Assembly: GCA_000004985.1 (NCBI GenBank)
Contig: GG738882.1
Direction: 5' to 3' (one strand)
DNA: 64,000 nt
Source: Naegleria gruberi
Lineage: Eukaryota
Part shown: piece after piece, positions 23,149 to 32,855 of the stretch
Numbering within the stretch: position 1 is the first letter of the stretch
Layout: the number at the start of each line of letters is the position of its first letter
Notes under the pieces: model-generated
Database searches by the model: none
What the model saw: the letters and a program-made list of their open reading frames with translations, nothing else
Told to the model about the DNA's origin: nothing
Made by a program: the position numbers and the translations under genes

Positions 23149-24705
23149 ATGTCGTCATCATCATCGAGTAATAACAACAATAGCAATTCCTCAGCATCAT
23201 CCAATACTAATAACAATAATACAAATAATACAAATAATAACAATAACGCAGCAAAGAGAGCAATGAAGACTAAACCACAAGCAGAGAAGGAAATTAAACC
23301 TAAAAAGACACAGGAAGAGAAGGATAAATCGTTTATTACATCACAGGAGATTATTAGTAGAATTAAATGGGATGAAAAGTTCTCAACCTTTCTTGATGAT
23401 TTTACAATTGGATATTTGGATAGATTTGAAGGCTTGATGAAATGTTCAGTGCAAGAATTTGAAGATTCTGGTGAAATTCCATATCATAGAATTTGGTTTG
23501 TCTATTTCAATGGAATTATCATTTGGGATAGAGAGAAGAGAATTGATAATGTTTCTAAAGGAAAGTTGGAAGTGATTATTTCAGAATATTTCATAAATAA
23601 GCAAAAGGAAGAGGAAAGAAAAAGAGCTGAACTTGAGAAGGAAAGTAAAAAGAAAAAGAAGAAAAGGCAACCTGTTGCTTCTGCTAGCTCAGAATCATCA
23701 AGTCAACCAACTGAACAAGAATCTCAACGACATTCATCAGATGAAGAAGGCAGTAGTGAAGAAGGTGGTAGCTCTTCTGAAGATGATGGAGAACAACAAA
23801 TCACTGAACAAGTCATCTCTGAACCATTAGAGCCAAATACTGAAGATATTCTCTCTGCCTATGCAGCTCAATACAAGACTAAAAGAGTTAAAAAGGTCAT
23901 GTTCTCAAAGAATAAGACTAGAAAAGCTCAAGAACAATATGAACCTGAGGATGATTTGGAAAAATGGTTATTGGAAAATAATGAAACCAATGAGGCACTC
24001 GTTTTGCAGTTCCCAACCATGATTTCACAAAGAGGAGGTCACTACCATATCATTTTCGATTCACAAAAGAAATATAATGAGTATATTAATGCCTGGAAGA
24101 GCTCAATTGAAAAGAACCAAATTTGTTACATTGAAGAAATGAGAACAAAACATGCATTCAAACTCTATGTGGATATTGATATCAAATTAACAGTTCCAAA
24201 CTCACCTTACAATATTATTGAACATGGTTGGATCAAACTCATTCAAGATTTTGCAAAGGAATATTTCCAAGGATCACAAGATGTTTCAATGTTAGTGACT
24301 GAATGTCACTCAAATTGGCACGATAAGACCAACAAGACAGCCAAGTACAAATCAGGATACAGACTCTTTTTCCCAAGTATAGTTGTTGATTACGACAAAT
24401 TCTGTGATTTTACCTATCAACTTTCTTATCACATGTTGAATGTTGTGGGTTCATATGAAAATCAACCTGAAGATTGGAGTTTTGAGGATGTAATTGACTT
24501 AAAATCATGCAACCACCCAAGAGTTAGACTTTTCGGAACCACCAAGTGGAGAAGAGGAAGACTGTTGCCAAGAAAATATACTTTTGCTGGTTGGTTTAAT
24601 ACAGATAGTGAGCTTGATGAAAAGAAGACAACTGAGCTCAAGAATAACTTGTTTGAATTACTGAGATTGACTTCAGCAAGAATTGAAGATCCTTTCGAAG
24701 AATAA
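23149..24705 (+). CDS. Protein with an MJ1316/DUF504-like domain and an AEP/primase-polymerase-like domain
   Basis: The N-terminus is a poly-S/N tract. RIKWDEKFS...GYLDRFEG...EIPYHRIWFVYFNGIIIWDREKR fits the MJ1316/DUF504 pattern (R..W, DRF, HRI, WDR). An acidic and Ser-rich linker follows. The C-terminal region has KLYVDIDIK (AEP motif I, hhhDhD), KSGYRLFFPSIVV (motif II-like but lacking the His) and EDVIDLKSCNHPRVRLFGTTKWRRG (motif III-like, D...R.RL.G..K). Confidence 0.45.
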   Translation: MSSSSSSNNNNSNSSASSNTNNNNTNNTNNNNNAAKRAMKTKPQAEKEIKPKKTQEEKDKSFITSQEIISRIKWDEKFSTFLDDFTIGYLDRFEGLMKCSVQEFEDSGEIPYHRIWFVYFNGIIIWDREKRIDNVSKGKLEVIISEYFINKQKEEERKRAELEKESKKKKKKRQPVASASSESSSQPTEQESQRHSSDEEGSSEEGGSSSEDDGEQQITEQVISEPLEPNTEDILSAYAAQYKTKRVKKVMFSKNKTRKAQEQYEPEDDLEKWLLENNETNEALVLQFPTMISQRGGHYHIIFDSQKKYNEYINAWKSSIEKNQICYIEEMRTKHAFKLYVDIDIKLTVPNSPYNIIEHGWIKLIQDFAKEYFQGSQDVSMLVTECHSNWHDKTNKTAKYKSGYRLFFPSIVVDYDKFCDFTYQLSYHMLNVVGSYENQPEDWSFEDVIDLKSCNHPRVRLFGTTKWRRGRLLPRKYTFAGWFNTDSELDEKKTTELKNNLFELLRLTSARIEDPFEE

Positions 24706-24748
24706 ATTAACAATGATTTACTAAACTCTATAAAAACTCTTGTACAAA

Positions 24749-26364
24749 TTAAGCTACAGTAGTGCCCTTCTCAAATTGACGAAGAGCAGCTCTTTCATGT
24801 GGTAATAAGGTTGGTATTGTCGAGAAGTAATAATTGAATGGATAGTATAACAAAAGAACAGCATCACTACAATACAAGTCGGCAAATCTTTGAACCTGAG
24901 TGCTAAAGTATGATTCTCTTGTGCCAGATCTGAATGTACTACCAAAGTATGAGTTAAAGTGAGCATTCAATTCTTCTTGCGCCTTAACAATTTGTTGTTT
25001 CACTGGTACTTCATCCCTCTTTGTTGTGATTGGATATGAAGAGTCAAGTCCCTTGAAGCTCTCAGCACGTAAATATTCCAATGTATTTACTTTAGCCCAC
25101 ATTTCAGTTGATCTTTTTGTCATCCAGTTATTAGTTTCCTCTTCGACTTCTCTCACAATGAGTAATGTTCTCCACAGGCATCTATTTTGTTTGGTGACAA
25201 TAATGTCATGGAAAATATTATCTCCAACATAGAGAACCTCAGATCCCTTTGTTTTGGTGAATTTCTTGAATAAACTAAATGAACCTCCAGTATAAACACT
25301 TCCCTTCTTGAATCCCTTAACTGCTGATAATTTCAAACTACCAGTTGCTTGATCTACTTCTCTGAGAGTTGTTCCTTCCTTGAAAAATTTAGGTTTTTGC
25401 CCATTTGTAATGATAATATCAAAGAAATCAGTCCACTTTTCATATCCATCAATTGATTTGTCCAATAAATAGGCCATCACAGCATTAGTGTAAAAGTATT
25501 CAGAATTGGTGAGGAGGAATATCTTTTTACCTGCTTTTCTCATTCTATCAAACAAGAGAGGTAATCTTTCGTCCTTCTTAATATATTTATCCAAATCAGC
25601 CATGACAGTTGTCTTGAGACTGCTATCACTGTGAATGGCTTGAACACATTCTCTAATATCATCAAAGAGTGACCAATAGGAAAGTCTAGCATCTTGATCT
25701 ACTTGTTCATCTGAATCACTTGTAACTTGTCCACTTTCTTTACATGCAATAAAATTACTCTTTTCAAAATAGTCAACCATTGATGCATAAAGTGATGCTT
25801 CTGGAATTCCAAATAAAGTATCATAACAGAAATATCTATCTCCAATTTCAGCTTCTGGATGAATCAAAAAATCAGGATAACAATGCACATAATCAGATCT
25901 TTTAACAACCTTCTTTCCATGTACACATTGTAAAATAAATCCATAATGGTCAACTTTCAAAATATTACCATGTCTCTTATCGAGGAATGTTCCTCTCACT
26001 GCAAATGATGGATCATAGGTAATTTGAAGAATCTCAGGTGGATAACCCTTAGAATCAACAAGTCTTTGTAAAATTAATTTTGTACACATGGATTCGAATA
26101 CTGGTGAAATGTAATTCTTGAAATGTTTGAAAATTCATTCAAATATTTGATAACTTACAGCACTATATCACATTAAATATTATGAATCAAACATTCAACA
26201 CAACTTACAGTGTATAATCCATATCAAATCCAAAATATTCAATATTATTTAAATTTACAGTACGATTCACAAATATACGATGATCGACAGGTCTTCTGTA
26301 TTTTCCATTATTTATCACTGTTGAAGTGTCGATTGGATTTTGTTTCATGGCTTCGGAATACATT
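24749..26364 (-). CDS. Cytosolic purine 5'-nucleotidase (NT5C2/HAD-IG family), 2 exons
   Basis: Exon 2 is about 24749..26117 and exon 1 about 26210..26364. The intron of about 92 nt runs ACACT|gtaagt...ttcaag. Exon 1 encodes M(YSEA)MKQ...[24 protein letters not shown](L), which contains the NT5C2 catalytic motif DMDYTL. Downstream [30 protein letters not shown] aligns residue for residue with human [47 protein letters not shown] and [13 protein letters not shown] are also present. Confidence 0.8.
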
Positions 26365-26809
26365 ATTGATTCAACAGCTGATGAAGTTTCCTCTGCAGTT
26401 GGTTCTCCTTTTTTTATATATGTAATATTGAATTAATATAATTAATTTCATCAATTCATTCATCATCATCAATGTGATCCAATATCCAAAAATGTAAAAT
26501 TCATATCCGATGATGATTCATTATCCATCTACTTACTATTTATCAGGTTGAGAGAAAAGTTCTTTCTATTATTATTATTATTGCAAATAATGTTCTTCTT
26601 ATGCAAAATAACATTTTCAATGTGTGATGAGGTTCGGAGGAGACCAAATTGTTGTGGTTGGTACTTGGTGTGCAACTTGGCAAGCGATGATAACAAAGAT
26701 GACGACTTTCTCATTTTTTTTTTGTAAAGTTTTTAACAAATATTGAAATTGACATACTTGTTGTAGAAAATTTCGGACAATTAATGGGAAATAGGATTTA
26801 CGGTAGAGT

Positions 26810-27538
26810 TTATTGTAAAGTATTTTGAATAGAGAGCTGGGTCAAATGATGAATGAAGGTCAAGAGAATGAAGAATGGAAATCCAGAATAGAAAGAAGAA
26901 GGACCTTCCTTTTTGAGAATTAAGGAAAACTTTGCAAGTGGTGATTGCTTTTCATCGAGAGCTGTTTGAGATTGTAAACGTCTGACTAGAATTCGTAAAG
27001 GATAGAGAAGAATACTTGAGGTAACGATACAGGAAGGTTCTATTAAATTGCTTGATTGACCGAGAGCTGTTTCAATTGAAGGTCTAATGGTTGATGTGAG
27101 AAAAGTTGTGGAAAGTGTATCAAAAACTCTAACTAAACTTCCTTTCATCAATCCACTGACACCTTCATGATCTACAATGGTCCACAAAACAGAAAAGAAA
27201 TTCTTCTCTTTCATTTGTGGATCAGTTGACAATCTGGTGAGAACAGTTTCAAACGGTAATGCAAGAAGTGATAGAGCTATATATTGCCATCCGAAAGATC
27301 GGTTTGATTCAATGAAGAGATTGGCAGCTTGGAGCATTAAAGATGCATCCAAACCTTTCCACAATTGTAAAACATTTTGATTAGCCAGAACGGATGCTAC
27401 ATGAAATGCATTCCCTGGAACATCTCTGGTTTGTTGAGCCAAAAGCACTCTGATCAGTGGTTGTTCAACGATTGACACAAATAATTTGCTGGTCAGACGT
27501 TGAGAAAGATCAGAACTGATAAGCTGATGGTTGGCCAT
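26810..27538 (-). CDS. Hypothetical protein, possibly a divergent mitochondrial-carrier-like membrane protein
   Basis: Three spaced segments resemble the carrier signature: PLIRVLLAQQ, PFETVLTRLS and YPLRILVRRLQ. At 242 aa the protein is too short for a canonical six-TM carrier, so this is weak. The ATG lies 50 bp beyond the BCS1 stop. Confidence 0.25.
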   Translation of the reverse strand: MANHQLISSDLSQRLTSKLFVSIVEQPLIRVLLAQQTRDVPGNAFHVASVLANQNVLQLWKGLDASLMLQAANLFIESNRSFGWQYIALSLLALPFETVLTRLSTDPQMKEKNFFSVLWTIVDHEGVSGLMKGSLVRVFDTLSTTFLTSTIRPSIETALGQSSNLIEPSCIVTSSILLYPLRILVRRLQSQTALDEKQSPLAKFSLILKKEGPSSFYSGFPFFILLTFIHHLTQLSIQNTLQ

Positions 27539-27588
27539 TTTTTTTGATTTGAAAGGTCAACCACAAAGTGAGAGAAAGATTCTTGTAT

Positions 27589-29085
27589 TTAAAATTCACT
27601 TTCGTTGCTCAATTCACCAACATTTTCAAATGCCTTCTTTGGATTCGACTTGTACTTCATAAAATATCCTTGCAATTTGGCTGGAGTAATTTGAGCATTG
27701 GAAAGTTTTTCAGTAAAGTTGTCAGCAAGTTGTTCAATATTTTCTTCTCCTTGGTAAAAGTTGAGGAAGAGCATTTTGATTTGATTCTTGTTGGCGAATC
27801 CAATGTGGAATTTTCTGTCAATTCTACCAGGTCTAATGAGAGCTTCATTAAGTTTCTCTGGATGATTGGTGGTGAGGAAAATGATTCTGCCCTCTTGAGC
27901 TCCCAGACCATCGATCGAGTTCAAAAGTCCACTCACTGATATATGTTGGTCAGAATCGAATTTCATATTGGCGCTTTCAATGGCTGATTCACATGAGTCA
28001 ACATCTTCTATCAAAACAATTGATTTTTGTGGGACCTTGTGAAGAAGTCTAGCCATTTTCTCATCATCCAATTTGTTGCTACTCACATTGAGCACATAGA
28101 TATCTAAACCTAATTCACCAGCTACTGCCATTACTGTTGATGATTTACCAGTTCCAGGTGGTCCTTTCAACAAAACTCCTCTTCTATATGGAATTCCTCT
28201 GGTATAGTAAAATTTAGATCCATCCACAAATGATTTCAAATCTGTTACAATATCCTCAAGAATATTATCTCCCAAAATAATTGAATCCAATGGTCTCTTT
28301 GGCTTTCTTGTTAATTCCTCCCAATCATAACAATCCAAGCTAGGTGAATATATTACTGTTTTATCCTTTTTATGCTCCTTGAATAGAGATCTAGCCTCTT
28401 CAACTAAATCAGTAAGAATTTTCTTGTCACGAGCAAGGATTGTAATTGTTAGCTTTTCTCTATTCTTCTTTTCTTCTCCTTTTGGCATTACTTTTTCAAT
28501 ATAAATCCAAGTTAATTTCCCCTTGTAATTGAAAAAGTGTCTCACACCATCAACAGGAGTGAACATTATTTGCTTATCAGTTTCTTCTGAGTTATTCTGA
28601 GGAGCAAACATTGATCCAAAAACTCCAAACAATCCTCCAAGCATATTCGAAACAGCTCTATTATCTGATGAAAGTACAGAAACATGTCTACAGTTTTGGG
28701 TATATGGATGTTGAGCAAAATATGACATTAACCAATGATAAGCTTCATCATCTTGATCAACAGATAAATGCAAAGTCATCTCTCTTTCAAGAATTGGTAA
28801 AAGAACTTGATTAACTCCTTCATAGCCTAAATAAAACACTCCAGCACCCAATATCCACTTCCACCATTGAATTTTAAACCCACCACTTCCAAAAGGAATT
28901 TGGTTTTTGCTTTGTTCTTCCGAATTTAATTTAAAATTGGTATGAAACTGATTAGACTTGCTGATCATTGAGCAGTTATTCTTCATCAATAAATTTCCTC
29001 CGATGAATACTGATGATGATGTTTGTCTGACACTGGTGAGACGACAATAATTCATCAGTAATGCTCGTTTTTGCTTTAAAAACAT
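27589..29085 (-). CDS. BCS1: Mitochondrial chaperone BCS1 (AAA ATPase)
   Basis: [22 protein letters not shown] corresponds to human [45 protein letters not shown] includes the sensor 2 and Arg-finger region. The N-terminal BCS1_N region has a TM segment, and the overall length is typical. Confidence 0.85.
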   Translation of the reverse strand: [498 protein letters not shown]

Positions 29086-29214
29086 TTTTTTTGATAGATT
29101 TAATAAATTTATTTATTTAACTGTTGGAACACAAAGTTCCATTAAATTGATATAATGTAAATTTGTAATAGTGATATTAATGTTGAAATTAAATCTAAAT
29201 ATTAAAAAAATGAA

Positions 29215-30141
29215 ATGAAAAGGTTTAGAAGTAATGATGATAATTTTCAGGAATTAAAAAATCAAGAAAATATTTGGGATGATTCGGATGAGGAATTGAA
29301 TAGTGATGACGATGAGAATAACGGAAATTCAATGGTAGAAATTGCTACTCATCATAATGTTTCTAAAGATGAAAAATTGGCACATGATGAATTATTAAAT
29401 TATAAGGAAGAATTTTGTTTTCCTTTACAGAATAATAAGCAAGTAAATATTCAGTTGATAACTTCAATTTCTAGAGAGGCAAGACATACGGGAACTCATT
29501 TGTGGAATTGTTCAGTCTTGCTGACAAATTATTTGATAGCTCAATTGGAAAGTGGTGGAGAAGAACTGTTTGGAAAGTTGAACAATGGACCATTTACTAT
29601 AATAGAATTGGGTTGTGGATTGGGACTTCCCTCTATTGCCACCTGTAAAATCAATCCCAAAAACAGATGTATACTAACAGATTTATCAACCCCAGATTTT
29701 GAAAAGAGGTGCTCAACTCAATGTGAGATTAATGATCTGGCACAAGATCAATATGATATTATTCCAATTGATTGGGGAAACAATTTTATGGAAATTGCAA
29801 AATTTGCAAGAGAAAATTCAGGCAAAAAGATAGATTTGATTGTTGCCACTGATTGTCTGTATGATAAGAAACTTTATGATCCATTCTTTTCCACTGTTCA
29901 CTTTTTGAAGAAATTATTTAATAATCCCGATCTCCCTTTACTATTGGCTCAATACAAGAGAAATGAATCCGATAATATTACCTATCAATTAAAGAGATGG
30001 AATCTCAAACCAAAACCTGTAGTTTGGAAAGAAAGTATCAATTTGGAAAAGTATTTGAAAATCATGGGCAAGAGTAATGATATTTTAGAAAAGCAATTTT
30101 ATGAGCTTTATGATTCTACTCAAATAGTTGTCATCCAATAA
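29215..30141 (+). CDS. Class I SAM-dependent methyltransferase, METTL21/FAM86-type protein-lysine methyltransferase-like
   Basis: HLWNCSVLLTNYL...FTIIELGCGLGLPSIA is an AdoMet motif I. IDLIVATDCLYD is typical of the METTL21 family. Confidence 0.55.
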   Translation: MKRFRSNDDNFQELKNQENIWDDSDEELNSDDDENNGNSMVEIATHHNVSKDEKLAHDELLNYKEEFCFPLQNNKQVNIQLITSISREARHTGTHLWNCSVLLTNYLIAQLESGGEELFGKLNNGPFTIIELGCGLGLPSIATCKINPKNRCILTDLSTPDFEKRCSTQCEINDLAQDQYDIIPIDWGNNFMEIAKFARENSGKKIDLIVATDCLYDKKLYDPFFSTVHFLKKLFNNPDLPLLLAQYKRNESDNITYQLKRWNLKPKPVVWKESINLEKYLKIMGKSNDILEKQFYELYDSTQIVVIQ

Positions 30142-30149
30142 ACAACTAT

Positions 30150-31534
30150 TTACTGCTTTTGCTTTTTCTTAACTGGTTGCTGCTGTAATGGATTTCCTAC
30201 CACTTGTGGAATAGTACCATTGGTTGGAGTTGGATCTTTCTTCTTTCTCTTCAAATTGTTTGCATTAGCAGCTGCATTATTGATTGGTGGCTTTGGTTGC
30301 ATTGACGAATTTGAGGCCATCATTGGATTACCTTGTGGAATTTGAGGTTGATAGTTTTGATTGTATTGTTGCTGAGGCATTTGATAACTTTGGTTATATT
30401 GTTGCTGTGGTACATTTGGTTTGACAGCCATTGGTTTTGTCTCTGGATATTTGTAATTGTTATGCTCAAAACAGCTATTAATGGTGTAAGAAATATTTGA
30501 ATAATGTAGACTTACTTGTTTGATGGTTTGTCTTTAAAGTACTTGTGTTGGAGAGCTTCCTTTGCAGTAATTCTTTTAGCAGGATCATATTCCAATAATT
30601 GTCTCAATAAGTCATATTCTAATGATTCTTTTGGCATTTTGAAAACACTTTCTAATGTATTCGTAGTTTCACTAAATGAAGCAAGATGCTTGCTCTCAGG
30701 TAGGCTATTGATTGTAGGCCATATTTGGTCATTTGGTTTACCTAACACTGTGAAAATCTTATCCAATTGATCACGTTGGAAAGGATTTGGATTATTGTTT
30801 TGTTTAACTTCTTCACCTTTGAATAGTGGCTTGAGCTCAAATAATTCATACATAATACATCCAACACTCCAAATGTCAATAGCAGGAGTGTAATGCTTGG
30901 CTCCCATCAATAATTCTGGAGCTCTGTACCAAATTGTCACAACAGGACCATCATCATGGAACCTTCTAAGTGGTGCTTTGAATACACGAGCCAAACCAAA
31001 GTCAGCAACCTTAACAACACCTCTATCAGCATGACTATCATCATTGATTAAAATGTTGGAAGGTTTCAGATCTCTATGGATTACCCACTTGCTGTGAAGA
31101 TATTGAATTCCTTTTAAAATTTGGTACATAATTGATTTTATCATGCCATCGTCAAGTTTGGGTGGGAGAGGTGGACCTTGTGGTAATCTCATTAATGTTT
31201 TATGATATGCTAATAATCTTTCCAAATCCAATTTACAATAATCCAAAATCATATTGAAACTACCATCATTATGAATCACAACATCCTGTACTTTGAGAAC
31301 ATTTTCATGTTCCAATTCTCTTAACAAGTTAATTTCTCTACAAAGTGTAATTGGAATACCATCATCCTTACCACTCCTCATAAAAAATTGTTTGACAGCA
31401 ACTTTCTTTTTTGTTTTAATATCCTCATAACAACTCACACTTCCGTAAGCACCTTTACCAACTACACCCAAACATTTATACTTTCTATTAAAATTGTCAT
31501 ATCTTTGTTCCGTTTTTGGTCTTAAATTATTCAT
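30150..31534 (-). CDS. CDK8: Cyclin-dependent kinase 8 (Mediator kinase) homolog; probably 2 exons with a Q/N-rich C-terminal tail
   Basis: GKGAYGSV, VAVKQ, CREINLLREL, HRDLKPSNIL and HADRGVVKVADFGLARVFKAPLRRF...VVTIWYRAPELLMGAKHYTPAIDIWSVGCI align closely with human CDK8. The ORF stop at 30512 lies inside a consensus donor (AACAA|gtaagt). A 41-nt intron (about 30475..30515, ending aatag) joins in frame to the Q-rich ORF 30150..30431. Confidence 0.7.
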
Positions 31535-31777
31535 TTTCTATTTACAAAAATTTTATACTACAATAATTATTCAAAATTGATACGCGATTCTACTAATATT
31601 ACTCTTTGAGTAGGCAACAAATTCCCTCCACACACACTTTCCGAATTAATAATTGATGATGAATCAAAGTCTACTCAAAGCGAGTTGGGATTTTGAGAAT
31701 TTTTTTTGAATGCTAAAAATAAAAAATACAAACAAAGCTCAAGTTTTTGAAGGCAAAACTTGCAAAATTTATTGAAG

Positions 31778-31999
31778 ATGAAATTAGATGATGATAAACT
31801 GCAAGGTAGTGGAGGAGAGGAATTAAATTCACATCAAATGATGGCTGATACTGATGATATTAAACAGGATTCTATTGTGGAAAATGTTTCGGAAGTTGTA
31901 CGAGTGTATCATGTGCCAAATTCAATGAATGATCACTTTCACAATTATAAATGTTTGGTTTATGATGAAAAATGTAGGTTTTATGATCATCACAATTGA
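31778..31999 (+). CDS. Small upstream ORF (73 aa from its ATG) overlapping the TSEN34 start in another frame
   Basis: ATG at 31778 encodes MKLDDDKLQGSGGEE... The ORF ends at 31999, after the TSEN34 ATG at 31929. Confidence 0.2.
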   Translation: MKLDDDKLQGSGGEELNSHQMMADTDDIKQDSIVENVSEVVRVYHVPNSMNDHFHNYKCLVYDEKCRFYDHHN

Positions 32000-32759
32000 T
32001 TATTTAGTTTGGAAAGCTGTGAAAATATTGAGGGATAAATATCGAATTTTAACAATTCCTTTTGGATCACTGCCCAATTATATTCAACAAAATGTATATA
32101 GCTCTTTACCTTGTTTGATAACACCTGAATCTGTTAGTTTGGGAGTGGAGAAGGGATTTATTCGAGTTTATGAGGATTTAAATAGATCTAATGTGACAAG
32201 TTTGGATGAAATATTACTCAACAAACACAGTAGCAAGACACCAACTCAATTACCTTCAAATGTTCCAGCAGGTCATAATGCTGGTCTTTCCCAGAATATT
32301 TATTTATTTACAATGTCCTACAATCAGTCAACTGAGAAATACTCACAAGAACCTAAAGATATTACTCATTTGTGGAAGCATCCTTATACTCCTTCTGAAA
32401 AAAATAAGTATGAAGTATTTAAGGATTTACATTCGAATTGTGGATTCTTCCTTACGAGTGGTGATAAATTTGGATGTGATTTCTTGGCCTATAAGGGAGA
32501 TCCAGTTCTCCACCATGCAGAATTTCTGGTCTATGTTCAGGAGTATGATAAACCGATTGAATCATTCCAAATGATTAGTATTGGAAGATTGGCCAACAAT
32601 GTTCACAAAACTGTACTCTTTGCATCGTGGAATCCTCAATCCAATCAAGTGGAATATTTAAATATGAATTGGTTCAATCCTCAGCCCATCAAAACTTGGA
32701 AAATCAAAGAATTATGTAACAAGTACAAACAAGAACTTAACAACCAAACCTCTCATTAA
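31929..32759 (+). CDS. TSEN34: tRNA-splicing endonuclease subunit Sen34
   Basis: The C-terminal catalytic motif GFFLTSGDKFGCDFLAYKGDPVLHHAEFLVYV...ISIGRLANNVHKTVLFASW matches human [30 protein letters not shown]...VAAGRLGTSVRKTLLLCS. The N-terminus MIITIDYLVWKAVKIL resembles human LVVEVANGRSLVWGAEAVQAL. The actual start may be an internal Met. Confidence 0.7.
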   Translation: MITFTIINVWFMMKNVGFMIITIDYLVWKAVKILRDKYRILTIPFGSLPNYIQQNVYSSLPCLITPESVSLGVEKGFIRVYEDLNRSNVTSLDEILLNKHSSKTPTQLPSNVPAGHNAGLSQNIYLFTMSYNQSTEKYSQEPKDITHLWKHPYTPSEKNKYEVFKDLHSNCGFFLTSGDKFGCDFLAYKGDPVLHHAEFLVYVQEYDKPIESFQMISIGRLANNVHKTVLFASWNPQSNQVEYLNMNWFNPQPIKTWKIKELCNKYKQELNNQTSH

Positions 32760-32855
32760 ATATTTAATCCTCTCGAATCATTTTCATATCACGAACCAAA
32801 AATTAAGAATTCTTACAATGGACAGAAACTGGAGGATAAATTAACTTTAAAAAAA

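Noticed and set aside
30150-30431. A Q/N-rich 93-codon ORF on the minus strand as an independent small gene
   Set aside because: It is joined in frame to the CDK8 ORF by a 41-nt GTAAGT...AG intron whose donor contains the apparent CDK8 stop codon. Metazoan CDK8 also has a Q-rich tail. It is therefore treated as the CDK8 3' exon.
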